NCBI GenBank assembly: GCA_963737905.1
Contig: CAVTUQ010000034.1
Span: 96,001 to 160,000 of the forward strand
Direction: 5' to 3'
Length of the DNA stretch: 64,000 nt
From: an uncultured delta proteobacterium
GTDB taxonomy: Bacteria; Desulfobacterota; Binatia; UBA9968
Shown here: positions 1 through 9,650 of the stretch, piece by piece
Numbering within the stretch: position 1 is the stretch's first letter
How the letters are laid out: each line of letters starts with the position of its first letter
The notes under the pieces: model-generated
What the model saw: the letters and a program-made list of their open reading frames with translations, nothing else
The model's database searches: none
What the model was told of the DNA's origin: nothing
Translations under genes and position numbers: made by a program

Positions 1-205
1 CATCCACGGTGCGCATGAGCCTTCTGAGCAAGGTTGTCTTGCCGGTTCCCGCCTCGCCGGTAATGACGATAAAGCCCTTGCGGGTCTCGATACCGTAACG
101 CAAGGTAGCGAATGCCTCCCGATAAAGAGAGTTGGAATACGAAAAGCGAGGATCGGGTGTGACGCTAAACGGTATCTCTTCCAATCCAAAATGTTTGCCG
201 TACAT
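1..205 (-). CDS. ExeA/GspA-like AAA ATPase, N-terminal part (runs off the window's left edge)
   Basis: Hand translation from the ATG at 205 gives MYGKHFGLEEIPFSVTPDPRFSYSNSLYREAFATLRYGIETRKGFIVITGEAGTGKTTLL. It has a Walker A motif and closely parallels the N-terminus of 352..2007. Not in the ORF track. Confidence 0.85.
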   Translation of the reverse strand, partial: MYGKHFGLEEIPFSVTPDPRFSYSNSLYREAFATLRYGIETRKGFIVITGEAGTGKTTLLRRLMRTVD

Positions 206-351
206 ATTCGTCTATTGCTTAGGAGTAACTTGTTCTAACCACCCTATCGGACCGGCTGGCGCCGGCCTGTCGTGTTGCCCTATTTGCATTGGTTAACCGT
301 ACGTGACCCTTCAGTCACGTCGATCCTGTTAACCACTGCTATTCGACTGCT

Positions 352-2007
352 TCAACCACCCCTATCATGATCTTCCGGGCGAAGCGAGTTGACGATTATC
401 TGATCGCGCACTTCCTTAACGCCGGGGACGCTACGCGCGGCCTGCGCTGCTGCAAGCTTTTGTCGTTCGGTAGCAACTCGACCGGCAAGGTAAACTGTGC
501 CGTCTCGAACGGACACTTCGACGCCTCTTATCGCACGATTGTAGATCGCCTTGTATATTTCGAATTCCAATTGTTCTCCCGTGGGCGTCACATTATCAGG
601 GACTTTTAAGGGTCGATCCTTGGGAGCGGGGTTTATGGGGATCGGAGGCGGTAGTTTTTGGCTCTTCGTAGTCTGGCTGGGTGTTATAGTTTCAGGAATG
701 ACGCTTTCGTCGGGTTTCGCCGCTTGTGGGAGAGCGGCACTGTTCTGATTCGGCTCCGGCTCTGGTGGTTCTGACGCTCGTGGCTCCGGGACTTCTTGCA
801 GGTTAGGGGTTTTGTAGGAAGGCGTTTCTTTGAGAGCTTCCGTACTCAGCTCGGGACGAGCCGGCTCCGGATTTTCCTGTAAACCGACGAGATCTTTGAT
901 GCCGACACCGGCAAGATTTTTGAACTGAGTATCCAAAGCGGCGAGGGATCCGGTATGTTGAGCGTGGAGCGCGATCCCAGCACCGGCCAGGATGCCCACG
1001 CCTAACAAAACACCCATTCCTAGCGCCCCAAAGCTTCTGTTGCGGGGTGGGGTGTACATGCCGCGTCTGCTGGGCTCAAAATCGGCTCGCCACGGCTCGT
1101 CCATCTCATCTGTTCTTGCCTGCGTGGGCGGGAGCACTCCTTTAAGATCTTCGCGGACCTTGAAGTCCGTCGTTGCCCGTTCCGCTTTGACCTGAGGTCG
1201 CCCAGTGAGTTTGAGATCATGCGCAACCTCATCAATCATCTCGGCAGAGACTTGGTTTTTTGAAGCAGCGGAGGCGATGACTAGAGCATTGTCGCAGACC
1301 ACATTGACGAGTCGCGGAATGCCGTTCGAATAGTGGACAATTTTCTGCACCGCTTCGGGGACAAAGAGCTCTTTGCCTTCGTAGCCGGCGGTTTTAACTC
1401 GGGAAGCGATATAAAGGCCCACCTCGTGCTCAGTTAGCGGCAAAAGCCGGCAGCGAAGGGTCACGCGCTGCTTAAGCTGGCGGAGCTCGGGTTGATCGAG
1501 TTTGCTTTCGAGTTCTGGTTGGCCCATTAAGACGATTTGGATGAGCTTTGCTTGATCGGTTTCCAGATTGGAGAGCAGTCTGAGCTCTTCGAGTAATTCA
1601 TCGCTCAAAGCTTGAGCCTCATCCACCAGCAGAGCGACGGTCTGTCCTTTCTTGAGCTGCTCGATCAAGTGATTATTCAACTGCTCTGTCAGCGTTAGCC
1701 TATCTTTTGCGGAGCTAGTTACTCCCAGATCGCTTAAAATGAATCGAAGTAGTGCGGTAAAGGTAAGCCGGGGGTTGAACACAAAAGCCGTATGGATGGC
1801 GGAATCCAGGTTGTGCATAAGCATTCTTAACAGAGTGGTTTTACCCGTTCCTGCCTCACCGGTGATGATGACGAAGCCCTTTCGCGCTTCGATCCCGTAA
1901 TGGAGAGTAACCAGCGCCTCTCGGTAAACAGGATTGGAGTAGAAAAAACGAGGATCCGGACTGACGCTAAAGGGCAGCTCTGCAAAGCCAAAGTGGTTCT
2001 CGTACAT
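352..2007 (-). CDS. ExeA-family AAA ATPase with TM segment, Pro-rich linker and C-terminal BON domain
   Basis: Typical ExeA start MYENHFGFAELPFS, Walker A GEAGTGKTT, Walker B LLVDEAQ, LMGQPEL and GIPRLVN. Hydrophobic segment GMGVLLGVGILAG. The C-terminus VEVSVRDGTVYLAGRV...VPGVKEVRDQIIV is BON-like. Confidence 0.88.
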   Translation of the reverse strand: MYENHFGFAELPFSVSPDPRFFYSNPVYREALVTLHYGIEARKGFVIITGEAGTGKTTLLRMLMHNLDSAIHTAFVFNPRLTFTALLRFILSDLGVTSSAKDRLTLTEQLNNHLIEQLKKGQTVALLVDEAQALSDELLEELRLLSNLETDQAKLIQIVLMGQPELESKLDQPELRQLKQRVTLRCRLLPLTEHEVGLYIASRVKTAGYEGKELFVPEAVQKIVHYSNGIPRLVNVVCDNALVIASAASKNQVSAEMIDEVAHDLKLTGRPQVKAERATTDFKVREDLKGVLPPTQARTDEMDEPWRADFEPSRRGMYTPPRNRSFGALGMGVLLGVGILAGAGIALHAQHTGSLAALDTQFKNLAGVGIKDLVGLQENPEPARPELSTEALKETPSYKTPNLQEVPEPRASEPPEPEPNQNSAALPQAAKPDESVIPETITPSQTTKSQKLPPPIPINPAPKDRPLKVPDNVTPTGEQLEFEIYKAIYNRAIRGVEVSVRDGTVYLAGRVATERQKLAAAQAARSVPGVKEVRDQIIVNSLRPEDHDRGG

Positions 2008-2455
2008 ATCTCATTTACCGCGGTTAGGCTTGGCTGTTGAATTCTGCACGCGTTCGAGGAGGGTAGAGCCTACCTCGCGACTTTGCGTCTTGCAAGCACA
2101 AGCCCGGGATGAAAGTCATTCTTATTTTGGGGGTGGCGTCCGCGGATCTGTCGAGCACTTACTACAAAACTCCGAACAACCAGTGGAGCAAGACATGTGC
2201 CACCAATTCGTCAAGGATAACTTGTCTAGATTCCAGGAATTTTCATTCTGCGTGCGGAAAAATGACGAAAAGCTTGTAGGGATACTCCTGCGGTGGCGAA
2301 GAAAAACAGCTTATAGACGGAGAATCAAGCAGCGGTGCTGAGTCGCGGGTTGAATTAATCAAGCAGAAATCCCGTGTATAGCTGGACGACACTTCTTGAC
2401 GCGTGATATACGCAGACATCGTTGTCATCGCTTTGTTTTAGGACATCGCGAAAAC

Positions 2456-3811
2456 ATGTCCCTTGCATCTCCGGAGTTAGCTCTGCGATCACCGACAGCC
2501 AAAGAGGAAGAGACCCAAGTGCAAAAGAGCGGTGCCGCCCGGTCGGAGACGGAGCAGCCTTATTGGCGTCCTTTCGGCGCCTTGCTCCAACTTCGCGCTG
2601 TTGAAGCGCTTGGCCACCGCGAATTCCGTTTGCTCTGGCTGGGGCATTCCTTCACGTCCATGGCGTTCTGGATGGATCAAGTCGCTCGCGGTTGGCTCAT
2701 TTACGAGCTAACGGATTCGGCTCTCCAACTTGGTTTGGTGCGCGGCGTTCAAGCCATTCCCACTCTCTTTTTGTCGCCAGTGGCCGGGAGCACCGCCGAT
2801 CGCTATTCACGCAAGGCGCAGATACTGGTGGCTCAAGTCATCGACGGGTTGATGTTGGCCGCTCTGGCGCTGCTCATCATCACCGGCCAGATTCAACCCT
2901 GGCATGTGTATGCGACCGCCTTCGGCATGGCGGTGGTCCAGACTTTTCAGCAACCGGCCCGCGCGGCGATGATCGCCGATCTTGTGCCGTCCAGCCACTT
3001 GACCAACGCGATTGGTCTCAACTCGATCATCTTTAACGTGGCGCGGAGCACCGGCCCCGCACTGGCGGGTGTGCTCATCGCGACGTTCGGTACCGGCGGC
3101 TCCTATGCGACCCAGGCGGTGTTTTATCTGTTGGCGACAATCTGGACAGTACAACTTCATCCTGCGGAGCGATCTTCTGCCGGTTCTCGTGATGACTCCG
3201 CGCATGGCGCTTCCCTCGGCCGGAGTATCATCGAAGGATGGAAATTCAGTTGGAAGAACGAGGCCATCCGCACCAGCCTCCTCGTCGTGATGTTTGCGTC
3301 ATTATTCATCGTGCCCTTTACAACTCTTTTACCGGTATTTGCGCGCGACATCCTCGACGTCGGGGCTACGGGGCAGGGGCTGCTTCTGACTGCTATGGGC
3401 GTGGGCGCGCTCGGTAGCGCGATTATCATTGCGTTCTTTGGCGATCGGATGCCCAGGGGGATTTTCATGTTGGGAGGTGTGGCGTTGTACGGGCTCAGTG
3501 TCGTGGCCTTCGCGGCGTCGCCCTGGTGGCATTTGTCCATGGCATTGATGGTGATTGTAGGTTTCGCCAACGTTTGTTCCCACGCGCTCGTGCAAACGGT
3601 CATTCAAACCTACTCACCTTCTGAATTCCGTGGGCGAACCATGGCCATCTTTCATATGAGCAACGTGGTGATGACGTTGGGCAGCATGTTCATCGGCGCT
3701 CTGGCGGGAATCTGTGGGGCGTCGTGGGCGGTGATATTGATGGGTCTGGCGGGTACCCTGGCCATATTTGCGATCCACGTCATCCTTCCCGGCGCGCGGC
3801 ATATCCGGTAG
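2456..3811 (+). CDS. MFS transporter (MFS_3/DUF894-like)
   Basis: About 12 hydrophobic segments, FRLLWLG..MAFWMDQVARGWLIYELT and GSTADRYSRK motifs. Likely start is the ATG at 2456. Confidence 0.88.
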   Translation: MSLASPELALRSPTAKEEETQVQKSGAARSETEQPYWRPFGALLQLRAVEALGHREFRLLWLGHSFTSMAFWMDQVARGWLIYELTDSALQLGLVRGVQAIPTLFLSPVAGSTADRYSRKAQILVAQVIDGLMLAALALLIITGQIQPWHVYATAFGMAVVQTFQQPARAAMIADLVPSSHLTNAIGLNSIIFNVARSTGPALAGVLIATFGTGGSYATQAVFYLLATIWTVQLHPAERSSAGSRDDSAHGASLGRSIIEGWKFSWKNEAIRTSLLVVMFASLFIVPFTTLLPVFARDILDVGATGQGLLLTAMGVGALGSAIIIAFFGDRMPRGIFMLGGVALYGLSVVAFAASPWWHLSMALMVIVGFANVCSHALVQTVIQTYSPSEFRGRTMAIFHMSNVVMTLGSMFIGALAGICGASWAVILMGLAGTLAIFAIHVILPGARHIR

Positions 3812-3852
3812 CGAGTCGTGTGTTTCATAACTCACCCACGGACGTGAGCCGA

Positions 3853-4565
3853 TCAGGGCCGGGACGCCAGGAACTCATCGATGGCTCGATTAACTTCCTC
3901 GGGCCTCTCTGCGAAAGGAAAGTGCCCGGTATCTTTGAGCTTCAGGTATTGCGAGCCGGCGACGGCCTGATGGATCTCCAGTTCATACTCTGAGATGGGT
4001 TAGGATCGTCCGCTCCGCGGATCAGAAGCAGTGGCGGTTTGAGAGTATGAATTCGCTCTCGCACATCGAAGTGATCCAGAACCACGAAATCACGGTACTG
4101 CGACAGCGGCCCCACCTTGCGATGGCATTCGATGAGATGTTCGCCCAACGCGGGCGTCATAAACAAAAATTGGTGCCGCATGGTTTCCAGCCATTGACGG
4201 TAGGTTTCAGGATTTTCCGCCGCCTTCAGACGAAACTCTAGAGTGCCGGGCCGTCGTTCCCTGGGTCGCATTCCTGTAGTCATCAATACCAGTGCTTTGA
4301 CCTCATCGGGATAGTCCAGGCCATACTGGAGTGCGATAGAGCCTCCCAAGGTGAAGCCGACCAGCACCAGGTCTCTCTGCTTACCTTTAGACCACAACCA
4401 TCCTCTTAACCATTCAGTATATCGTTCCACGTTGGGACAGGGGGTTCCGTCCGGGTGGCCAGGCAGTGTCGGCGCGAGGCTGCCTGGATAATATTTGAGC
4501 TGATGGACGAATGAATCGGCGCACCCTCCCGCGCCGGGCCCATGAACAAAAACCATTTGATTCAT
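3853..4565 (-). CDS. Alpha/beta hydrolase fold protein (frameshift near 3992)
   Basis: FVHGPGAGG oxyanion region and nucleophile elbow GFTLGG. An alternate frame continues EYELEIHQAVAGSQYLKLKDTGHFPFAERPEEVNRAIDEFLASRP* and supplies the catalytic-His motif. Confidence 0.75.
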
Positions 4566-4705
4566 ACGCTACCTCTCACGAACTCTAAGAATCGAAAATC
4601 GAGACTAAAACCAGGCGGCGTAAATGTCCAACACGAAAATCATTGACAGCAGGCTCTATAGGTATGTAACGTCACCGGAGAATCGTTGCTCCGCTGCCCT
4701 GCCTT

Positions 4706-5767
4706 ATGGATGCGAGCAGTAAGTCAGAGTATGCGCGATCACTGGAGAGCACCAACGTGAAAACAAATTCCCCAAGCGGACTCTTGATCTTTGCTTGCTT
4801 GATACTTTTTACGCCGTTCATTGGTCATACGGCCTCCGTAAAGACCAACTTTGCCGGGGCGATGACGAGCGACAGCATCACCGCGGTTTGGGTCGCCAAG
4901 GAGCAGGGTATTTTCCAAAAGCATGGGCTCGATCTGCAGTACGTCGTTATGCCCAACGGGACCTTGACGATCGCGGCGCTGCTCTCGGGCGAGATCGACA
5001 TGGGTTTGGGCGGCCCCGGACATATCCTCGATGCCGCCGTCAGTGGGGCCGACGTCATCTGCGTCGCCAATTTTTTTCAGAAGCTCGACTATACGTTGAC
5101 CGCCAGGCCTGAAGTCAAAAAGCCGGAGGATCTCAGGGGCAAGAAGATAACTACTAGCGGGCCCGGCTCTAGTTCGCATATGGTAACGCTACTTGCGTTG
5201 CAAAGTTTAAACTTGGAGCCAAAGCAGGCGAAGATCAACCTGGTTACTATTCCCGGCACGGAGATCAACCGCCGGCTGGCTCTGGAATCCGGCGCCGTCG
5301 ACGCCACGGCGCTTAGAGGCGCCATTGGCGACTTGTACAGTCAAAAAGGTTATCCCGCGCTGTTCAATTTTAGAGGCTCGGGCGTCACCATGCCGCAAAC
5401 GCTGGTCTTAACGACGCGCCGCACGGCTGCCAATAAGCCGCAGCTTGTCGAGGCCTATCTGAAGGCGCTTATCGAAGGAATTGCGTTTGTCGTCGAGCCG
5501 GCAAACAAGGAAATCGTGGGCCGCATCTTGGCTTCTAAATTGCGCCTGAGCAACCCGGCTGACGTTGAGAAGGTCTACCAATCAGTGTCCAGTTCGTACG
5601 AGCGGGTTCCTTATCCCAACCTGGACGGGATGAAAAAGTTGCATAGTATACTGACTTCGACCAATCCCAAATTAGCGACCGTGCGCCCGGAAACAGTCAT
5701 GGACGCAAGCTTCATCAGCAAGCTCGAAAGCTCAGGCTTTATTCAGAGCGTTTATAAAAAGCGTTGA
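4706..5767 (+). CDS. ABC transporter substrate-binding protein (SsuA/NMT1/THI5-like), stand-alone
   Basis: Signal peptide, VAKEQGIFQKHGLD, ALLSGEID and DLRGKKI motifs. The true start may be the GTG at 4757. Confidence 0.85.
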   Translation: MDASSKSEYARSLESTNVKTNSPSGLLIFACLILFTPFIGHTASVKTNFAGAMTSDSITAVWVAKEQGIFQKHGLDLQYVVMPNGTLTIAALLSGEIDMGLGGPGHILDAAVSGADVICVANFFQKLDYTLTARPEVKKPEDLRGKKITTSGPGSSSHMVTLLALQSLNLEPKQAKINLVTIPGTEINRRLALESGAVDATALRGAIGDLYSQKGYPALFNFRGSGVTMPQTLVLTTRRTAANKPQLVEAYLKALIEGIAFVVEPANKEIVGRILASKLRLSNPADVEKVYQSVSSSYERVPYPNLDGMKKLHSILTSTNPKLATVRPETVMDASFISKLESSGFIQSVYKKR

Positions 5768-5844
5768 GCGTTCCTTTCAGGAGAGCCGGTCAAGAACAAT
5801 AGACATTTTTTCTAGCGAACGACGCCGTGCGAGCAACGCCATAC

Positions 5845-5874
5845 AAAAAAAGGGCCGGCAAACAGCCGGCCCTT
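5845..5874 (-). terminator. Rho-independent terminator after the beta-propeller genes
   Basis: Stem aagggccggc/gccggccctt with a 5-nt loop, followed by T7 on the minus strand. Confidence 0.8.
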
Positions 5875-5892
5875 GTCCTTGCTAAGCGCACG

Positions 5893-7340
5893 CTACCGCC
5901 GATCCCGGTCGTCGTCTTTCTTCTCCTTGTCGACATCATGGACGTAGACACCGACACACCCGTTGTTGCTGCCGCAAATCCCCGCGCCCACGGCAGTAGT
6001 GTCACCGCCGACGACTACTCGCGACAGGCGCTGACTGCGGAACGAAGATGAGGTTGCGCTTGGAGTCCGCCGCCACCGAGTGCGAGCCGGAAGATTGCGG
6101 GATTGTCTCGATCAGCACACTGGTCCCGTCGATGACGCCGAGCACGGCCGCCTGGTCGGCCGCGGTCGGGACAGGGGGCTCCGGGTGTTTTGCAATTCCT
6201 GTTGGAGGCCGTGTAGTAGCGCCTATCGCCCTCGTTGAACCAGACCTCATCGGAGCCGACGATGTTGCCGATGTTCGCAAAGTTCTTGGTTTTCGCGTTG
6301 ATCACGAGCGTGGTCACATCGCTGGGATTGTTGGCCGGAGTGCAGCCCAACAACAGATTGTCATGTAGTCCGACGGTGGCGCCGTTCGGGCCGCACGCGT
6401 GCAGCGGCACGACGCCGGTGTTAGTGGCCGGGTCGAACGGGCCGAGCACTGCGTTTGGCACTGGGACGGTCATTGGATCGATCACAGCCAGCCCGCCATC
6501 GCAGGTAATGGGACCTGCACCCGCGTCGAAATTGCAGCCTTTCGGATTGTTGGCGATGATCGGGACCGACACGTAAAAGCGCTCGGTCTTGGGATCCCAT
6601 GCCGGCTGTTCCATCGCCAAGCCGACGCCTTCCGGCACGATTGTGGGGTCAATAGTGATCTGGGTGATTATTCTGACGTTACTGAAAGGCCGGTCGCCGT
6701 TCGCCATGAACAGGGTCGCGAATGGCGGGTCCTCTGCGTTGTTCGCGGTGAGCAGCAATTCGCCGTCCGTCGTCAACGCCATTTCGTCGACCCGCGTCGT
6801 GCCCCCCGTGCTGATGCTCTGTTTGATGGCGGACGCGTTAGGCGCATCGAGATCGATCACCTTGAGTGTGCTGTCGCCGTCACCGGCGTAGAGCCACCTG
6901 CCGTGCGACGTGACGCCATCGGGTCCGGAGATATTATTGTTCACGGCGCCGTTGGCGTTCAACTTGGCGCCGACGAAACCGGGGATGGTCCTCTTGAAGG
7001 TGAGGTTGCGGGTGTTAATGACGTCGATGCCCGCGTTCGAGCGATCGGCCAGGTAGTACTCAGCGCGATCCGGATTGACCCAGCTGATGTCGTACGACTG
7101 CAGCGGGTTGCCCGGGATTTGAACCGCGGTCAGGCATTTGGTCTGCGTGTTGGTCGGCGCACCTGGGCCGGTGCACGCGGCGAGTGCTGCGCCGGATGTC
7201 GCGAGCGACACGGCCCCGAACAGTGCCGAGGCCGCGACGAGCACGGCGAGTCGAGTACCCCGTGGTGCAAATTTCGGGCGACCTTCAATTTCTGCGTGGA
7301 GTGAATCCTGTGAAGAGCCAGAAGAATATATTACAAACAT
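5893..7340 (-). CDS. Secreted YncE-like beta-propeller protein, paralog 1 (two apparent frameshifts near 6168 and 6018)
   Basis: Signal peptide and motifs YDISWV, LADRSN, GPDG, AGDG, RVDE, EQP, LLGC, GSDEVW. The C-terminus continues in other frames (AVLGVIDG..SHSVAAD..; GICGSNNGCVGVYVHD..*). Confidence 0.75.
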
Positions 7341-7439
7341 TCGTTGCCTCCTTTTAGTTGCGATGTATAAAAAAATCTGAATCGATGGTTTACAGCCACT
7401 AACCCTCTTAAGTCCACTTGCGATTTAAACGGGAAGGTG

Positions 7440-7478
7440 ACGGAGGCCCCGGTGGCATTTGCCAGCCGGGGCTTCCGT
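7440..7478. other. Strong intergenic hairpin between the two beta-propeller genes
   Basis: acggaggccccggtggc-attt-gccagccggggcttccgt lies just past the stop of 7483..9012. The U-tract is weak, so it may be a terminator or an mRNA stabiliser. Confidence 0.6.
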
Positions 7479-7482
7479 GAAG

Positions 7483-9012
7483 TTACGGAAGGCGTCCATA
7501 AATACCGATACCTCCAGTCTCGTTTAGCGTCGCGGTGGTGGAAAGAGGAATCGGTACGATCGTCAGAGGCACATAGGCGTGCTTACGGACGATGTCATCG
7601 CACTTGCTGCCATGTTTGTCGTCACCACGACTACGGTCGTCGCGTTCACATGCGAAACCGAAGCCCGCGGCCACCGAATGGGACGTCCTGGTCGTTAAAA
7701 TGTTCTGGATCCATTCCGGTCCGCCTGGGCCACTGTCCCTTGATCCAGCATCGATGATGCCAAGACTCGAGGCGGGGTTGGACGGCGCAGTAGGTGGATT
7801 ACTTATCTTCCCGGTTGAGGTCCAACTCGACATAGCCAGGTAGTACTTGTTGTCCCCCGGGTTGTACCACACCTCGTCTGAACCGCCGGCCTGGGTGAAG
7901 GTCTTCAGGACCTTGCCGGTCGTCGCCTTCATGATGATGGTTATCAATTGAGTGCCTGGATCACCATCACCGCTGCAACCCAGGAGCAGATTCTGGCGGG
8001 GACCTAACGTCAAACCGTGTGGGAAACAGGGCACCCCGTCCCCCGGACCCGTACCGGTTGTGTCAAAGGCGTCGACGACCTCCTTGGATATCGGATCGAT
8101 CACTGCGATTTCGCCGTTAGGATGTCCTTCACTCGCCGGTACAGCAAGATAAAACCTGCGCGTCGCATGGTCGTACACAGGCTGCTCTATACCACCTGTG
8201 GAACAACCACCGGTGGGGCAAGGCAGATTCAAGGGATTGGGGCTTCTAAAATAGATCTGTTTCACTACGTTTATATTATTCGGGTTTGAAGAGACCGAGA
8301 TAAGAGCGATGAATAGATCCAAATCATCATCCCACGCCATCAGAATCAACTGATGGTCTGGGTCATAGGCCAGCTCATCTGCACGACGTGAAGCACCGGT
8401 TTCGGAGGCCGAAATGATTCTAAGAGGAGTATTGGACGTCGGCAAACCGTCTTTATCCAAGCTATAAACTCGTATATCGCCATTTCCATCGCCGGCCCAG
8501 AGTTGGCGCGGGCTTGTCGTCGTTAATACCCCGTTGGGCCCGGCTGAGTTGGCGGGTGGGGCGGGCAAACAGTTTAGAGTTGGGGGTTGGGGGCAGTTAA
8601 TGCCAACAAATCCACCGGCCAACCCGACGACCTTTTCGCTCTTTGTATCAATTATATCAACACCACCGTTGTTACGATCGGCCATATACAGTTTCTGCGT
8701 TGCTGGATCAAACCAACTAATGTCCACGCTCCAGCGGCTATTCGGGCTTGTGTCAAGGGTTGTAACTAAGCCTTGACAGGGAGCAGGGTTTACAAGGGTC
8801 GGAGGGGGAGGAACTTGCGGGATGACAAGAACGCCTCCGTTGATGATACAGTCAGACGTAATCCTATTCCCTCTCACCCCAAAATTAGCTGCATCATCGG
8901 AATCTTCATCGGCTAGAACTGAAGCCGTACTGCTCACGAATATCATCAGTATCAACCAAGCACACACCGAAATCATTTTCTCTACCATTCTTGTCGTTTT
9001 CTTTGTTTTCAT
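7483..9012 (-). CDS. Secreted YncE-like beta-propeller protein, paralog 2
   Basis: Signal peptide (..SVLA|DED), the same ordered motifs as paralog 1 (VDISWFD, MADRNN, GPNG, AGDG, RADE, EQP, LLGC, GSDEVW, SHSVAA) and a GGAGG RBS. Confidence 0.85.
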   Translation of the reverse strand: MKTKKTTRMVEKMISVCAWLILMIFVSSTASVLADEDSDDAANFGVRGNRITSDCIINGGVLVIPQVPPPPTLVNPAPCQGLVTTLDTSPNSRWSVDISWFDPATQKLYMADRNNGGVDIIDTKSEKVVGLAGGFVGINCPQPPTLNCLPAPPANSAGPNGVLTTTSPRQLWAGDGNGDIRVYSLDKDGLPTSNTPLRIISASETGASRRADELAYDPDHQLILMAWDDDLDLFIALISVSSNPNNINVVKQIYFRSPNPLNLPCPTGGCSTGGIEQPVYDHATRRFYLAVPASEGHPNGEIAVIDPISKEVVDAFDTTGTGPGDGVPCFPHGLTLGPRQNLLLGCSGDGDPGTQLITIIMKATTGKVLKTFTQAGGSDEVWYNPGDNKYYLAMSSWTSTGKISNPPTAPSNPASSLGIIDAGSRDSGPGGPEWIQNILTTRTSHSVAAGFGFACERDDRSRGDDKHGSKCDDIVRKHAYVPLTIVPIPLSTTATLNETGGIGIYGRLP

Positions 9013-9127
9013 TGTTGCCTCCCTTAAATGTGACGTATCAAAAAATTTGCATCGACGGTTTACCGCCAGGAACGCTCACGAAAGGGGCGGTCGAGTCTGT
9101 CTTCGCGTAATCGTTGAAAAACAGCCG

Positions 9128-9508
9128 TCACAAATAAGGAGAGGAGTCCTTAAGGGAATTCCGCGCAAGGCCTACCCGATAGCCATGAGATCGAGCTGTA
9201 CCGAGTGGTGAGGCTCTTAAAAGTTTGGTCCAGGGCGGTCGACTGCATTCCGCTGATCTATCTGAAAACAGGAGCGAGATATCACCGCCAAGTTCCGACT
9301 GTTCAGAAGAATAATTAATCTCCGTGCCAGAGGGCACGACAGCCACGATGACGGTTCTTTTCGCTGGAGCCGGCAGCCTATGGATACTTGATCCGTCCAG
9401 ATCAAGTACGTCGAAGAGAATATAGGAAAAAACTAGAAGCATGCTGACGACATAAGTCGCCCGCCAAACTCTTGAGGAATGAATCGGCCACGAATCCGAT
9501 AGCATCAA
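9128..9508 (-). CDS. Small hypothetical protein with N-terminal TM segment
   Basis: 126-aa ORF with hydrophobic YVVSMLLVFSYILF followed by DVLDLDGS. Co-oriented between the kinase and the propeller genes. Confidence 0.5.
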   Translation of the reverse strand: MMLSDSWPIHSSRVWRATYVVSMLLVFSYILFDVLDLDGSSIHRLPAPAKRTVIVAVVPSGTEINYSSEQSELGGDISLLFSDRSAECSRPPWTKLLRASPLGTARSHGYRVGLARNSLKDSSPYL

Positions 9509-9609
9509 AACCTCGCCGCTCCACGCTTCTTAAAGCGCCACGCAGTCCTACCAGATCAAACCTAAAATGCCAAAATATTCCAGGAACATTGCCCGTAGAT
9601 TGCCCGGAC

Positions 9610-9627
9610 ATTACATTCTTGAAAGGT
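9610..9627 (-). promoter_or_regulatory. Putative response-regulator box, copy 1
   Basis: attacattcttgaaaggt; the minus strand reads TGTAAT then GGCAAT, GGCAAT, TGGAAT at 11-bp spacing. Confidence 0.6.
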
Positions 9628-9650
9628 TCGAAAGTGAGAGAGAGGCGAGA

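Noticed and set aside
2091-2106. Sigma54-like GG-N10-GC upstream of the ExeA-like gene
   Set aside because: The -24 element is a poor match (CGGGCT versus TGGCAC).
5893-9012. Cytochrome cd1 nitrite reductase
   Set aside because: No CxxCH or c-type domain and no nir genes; only the propeller fold is shared.
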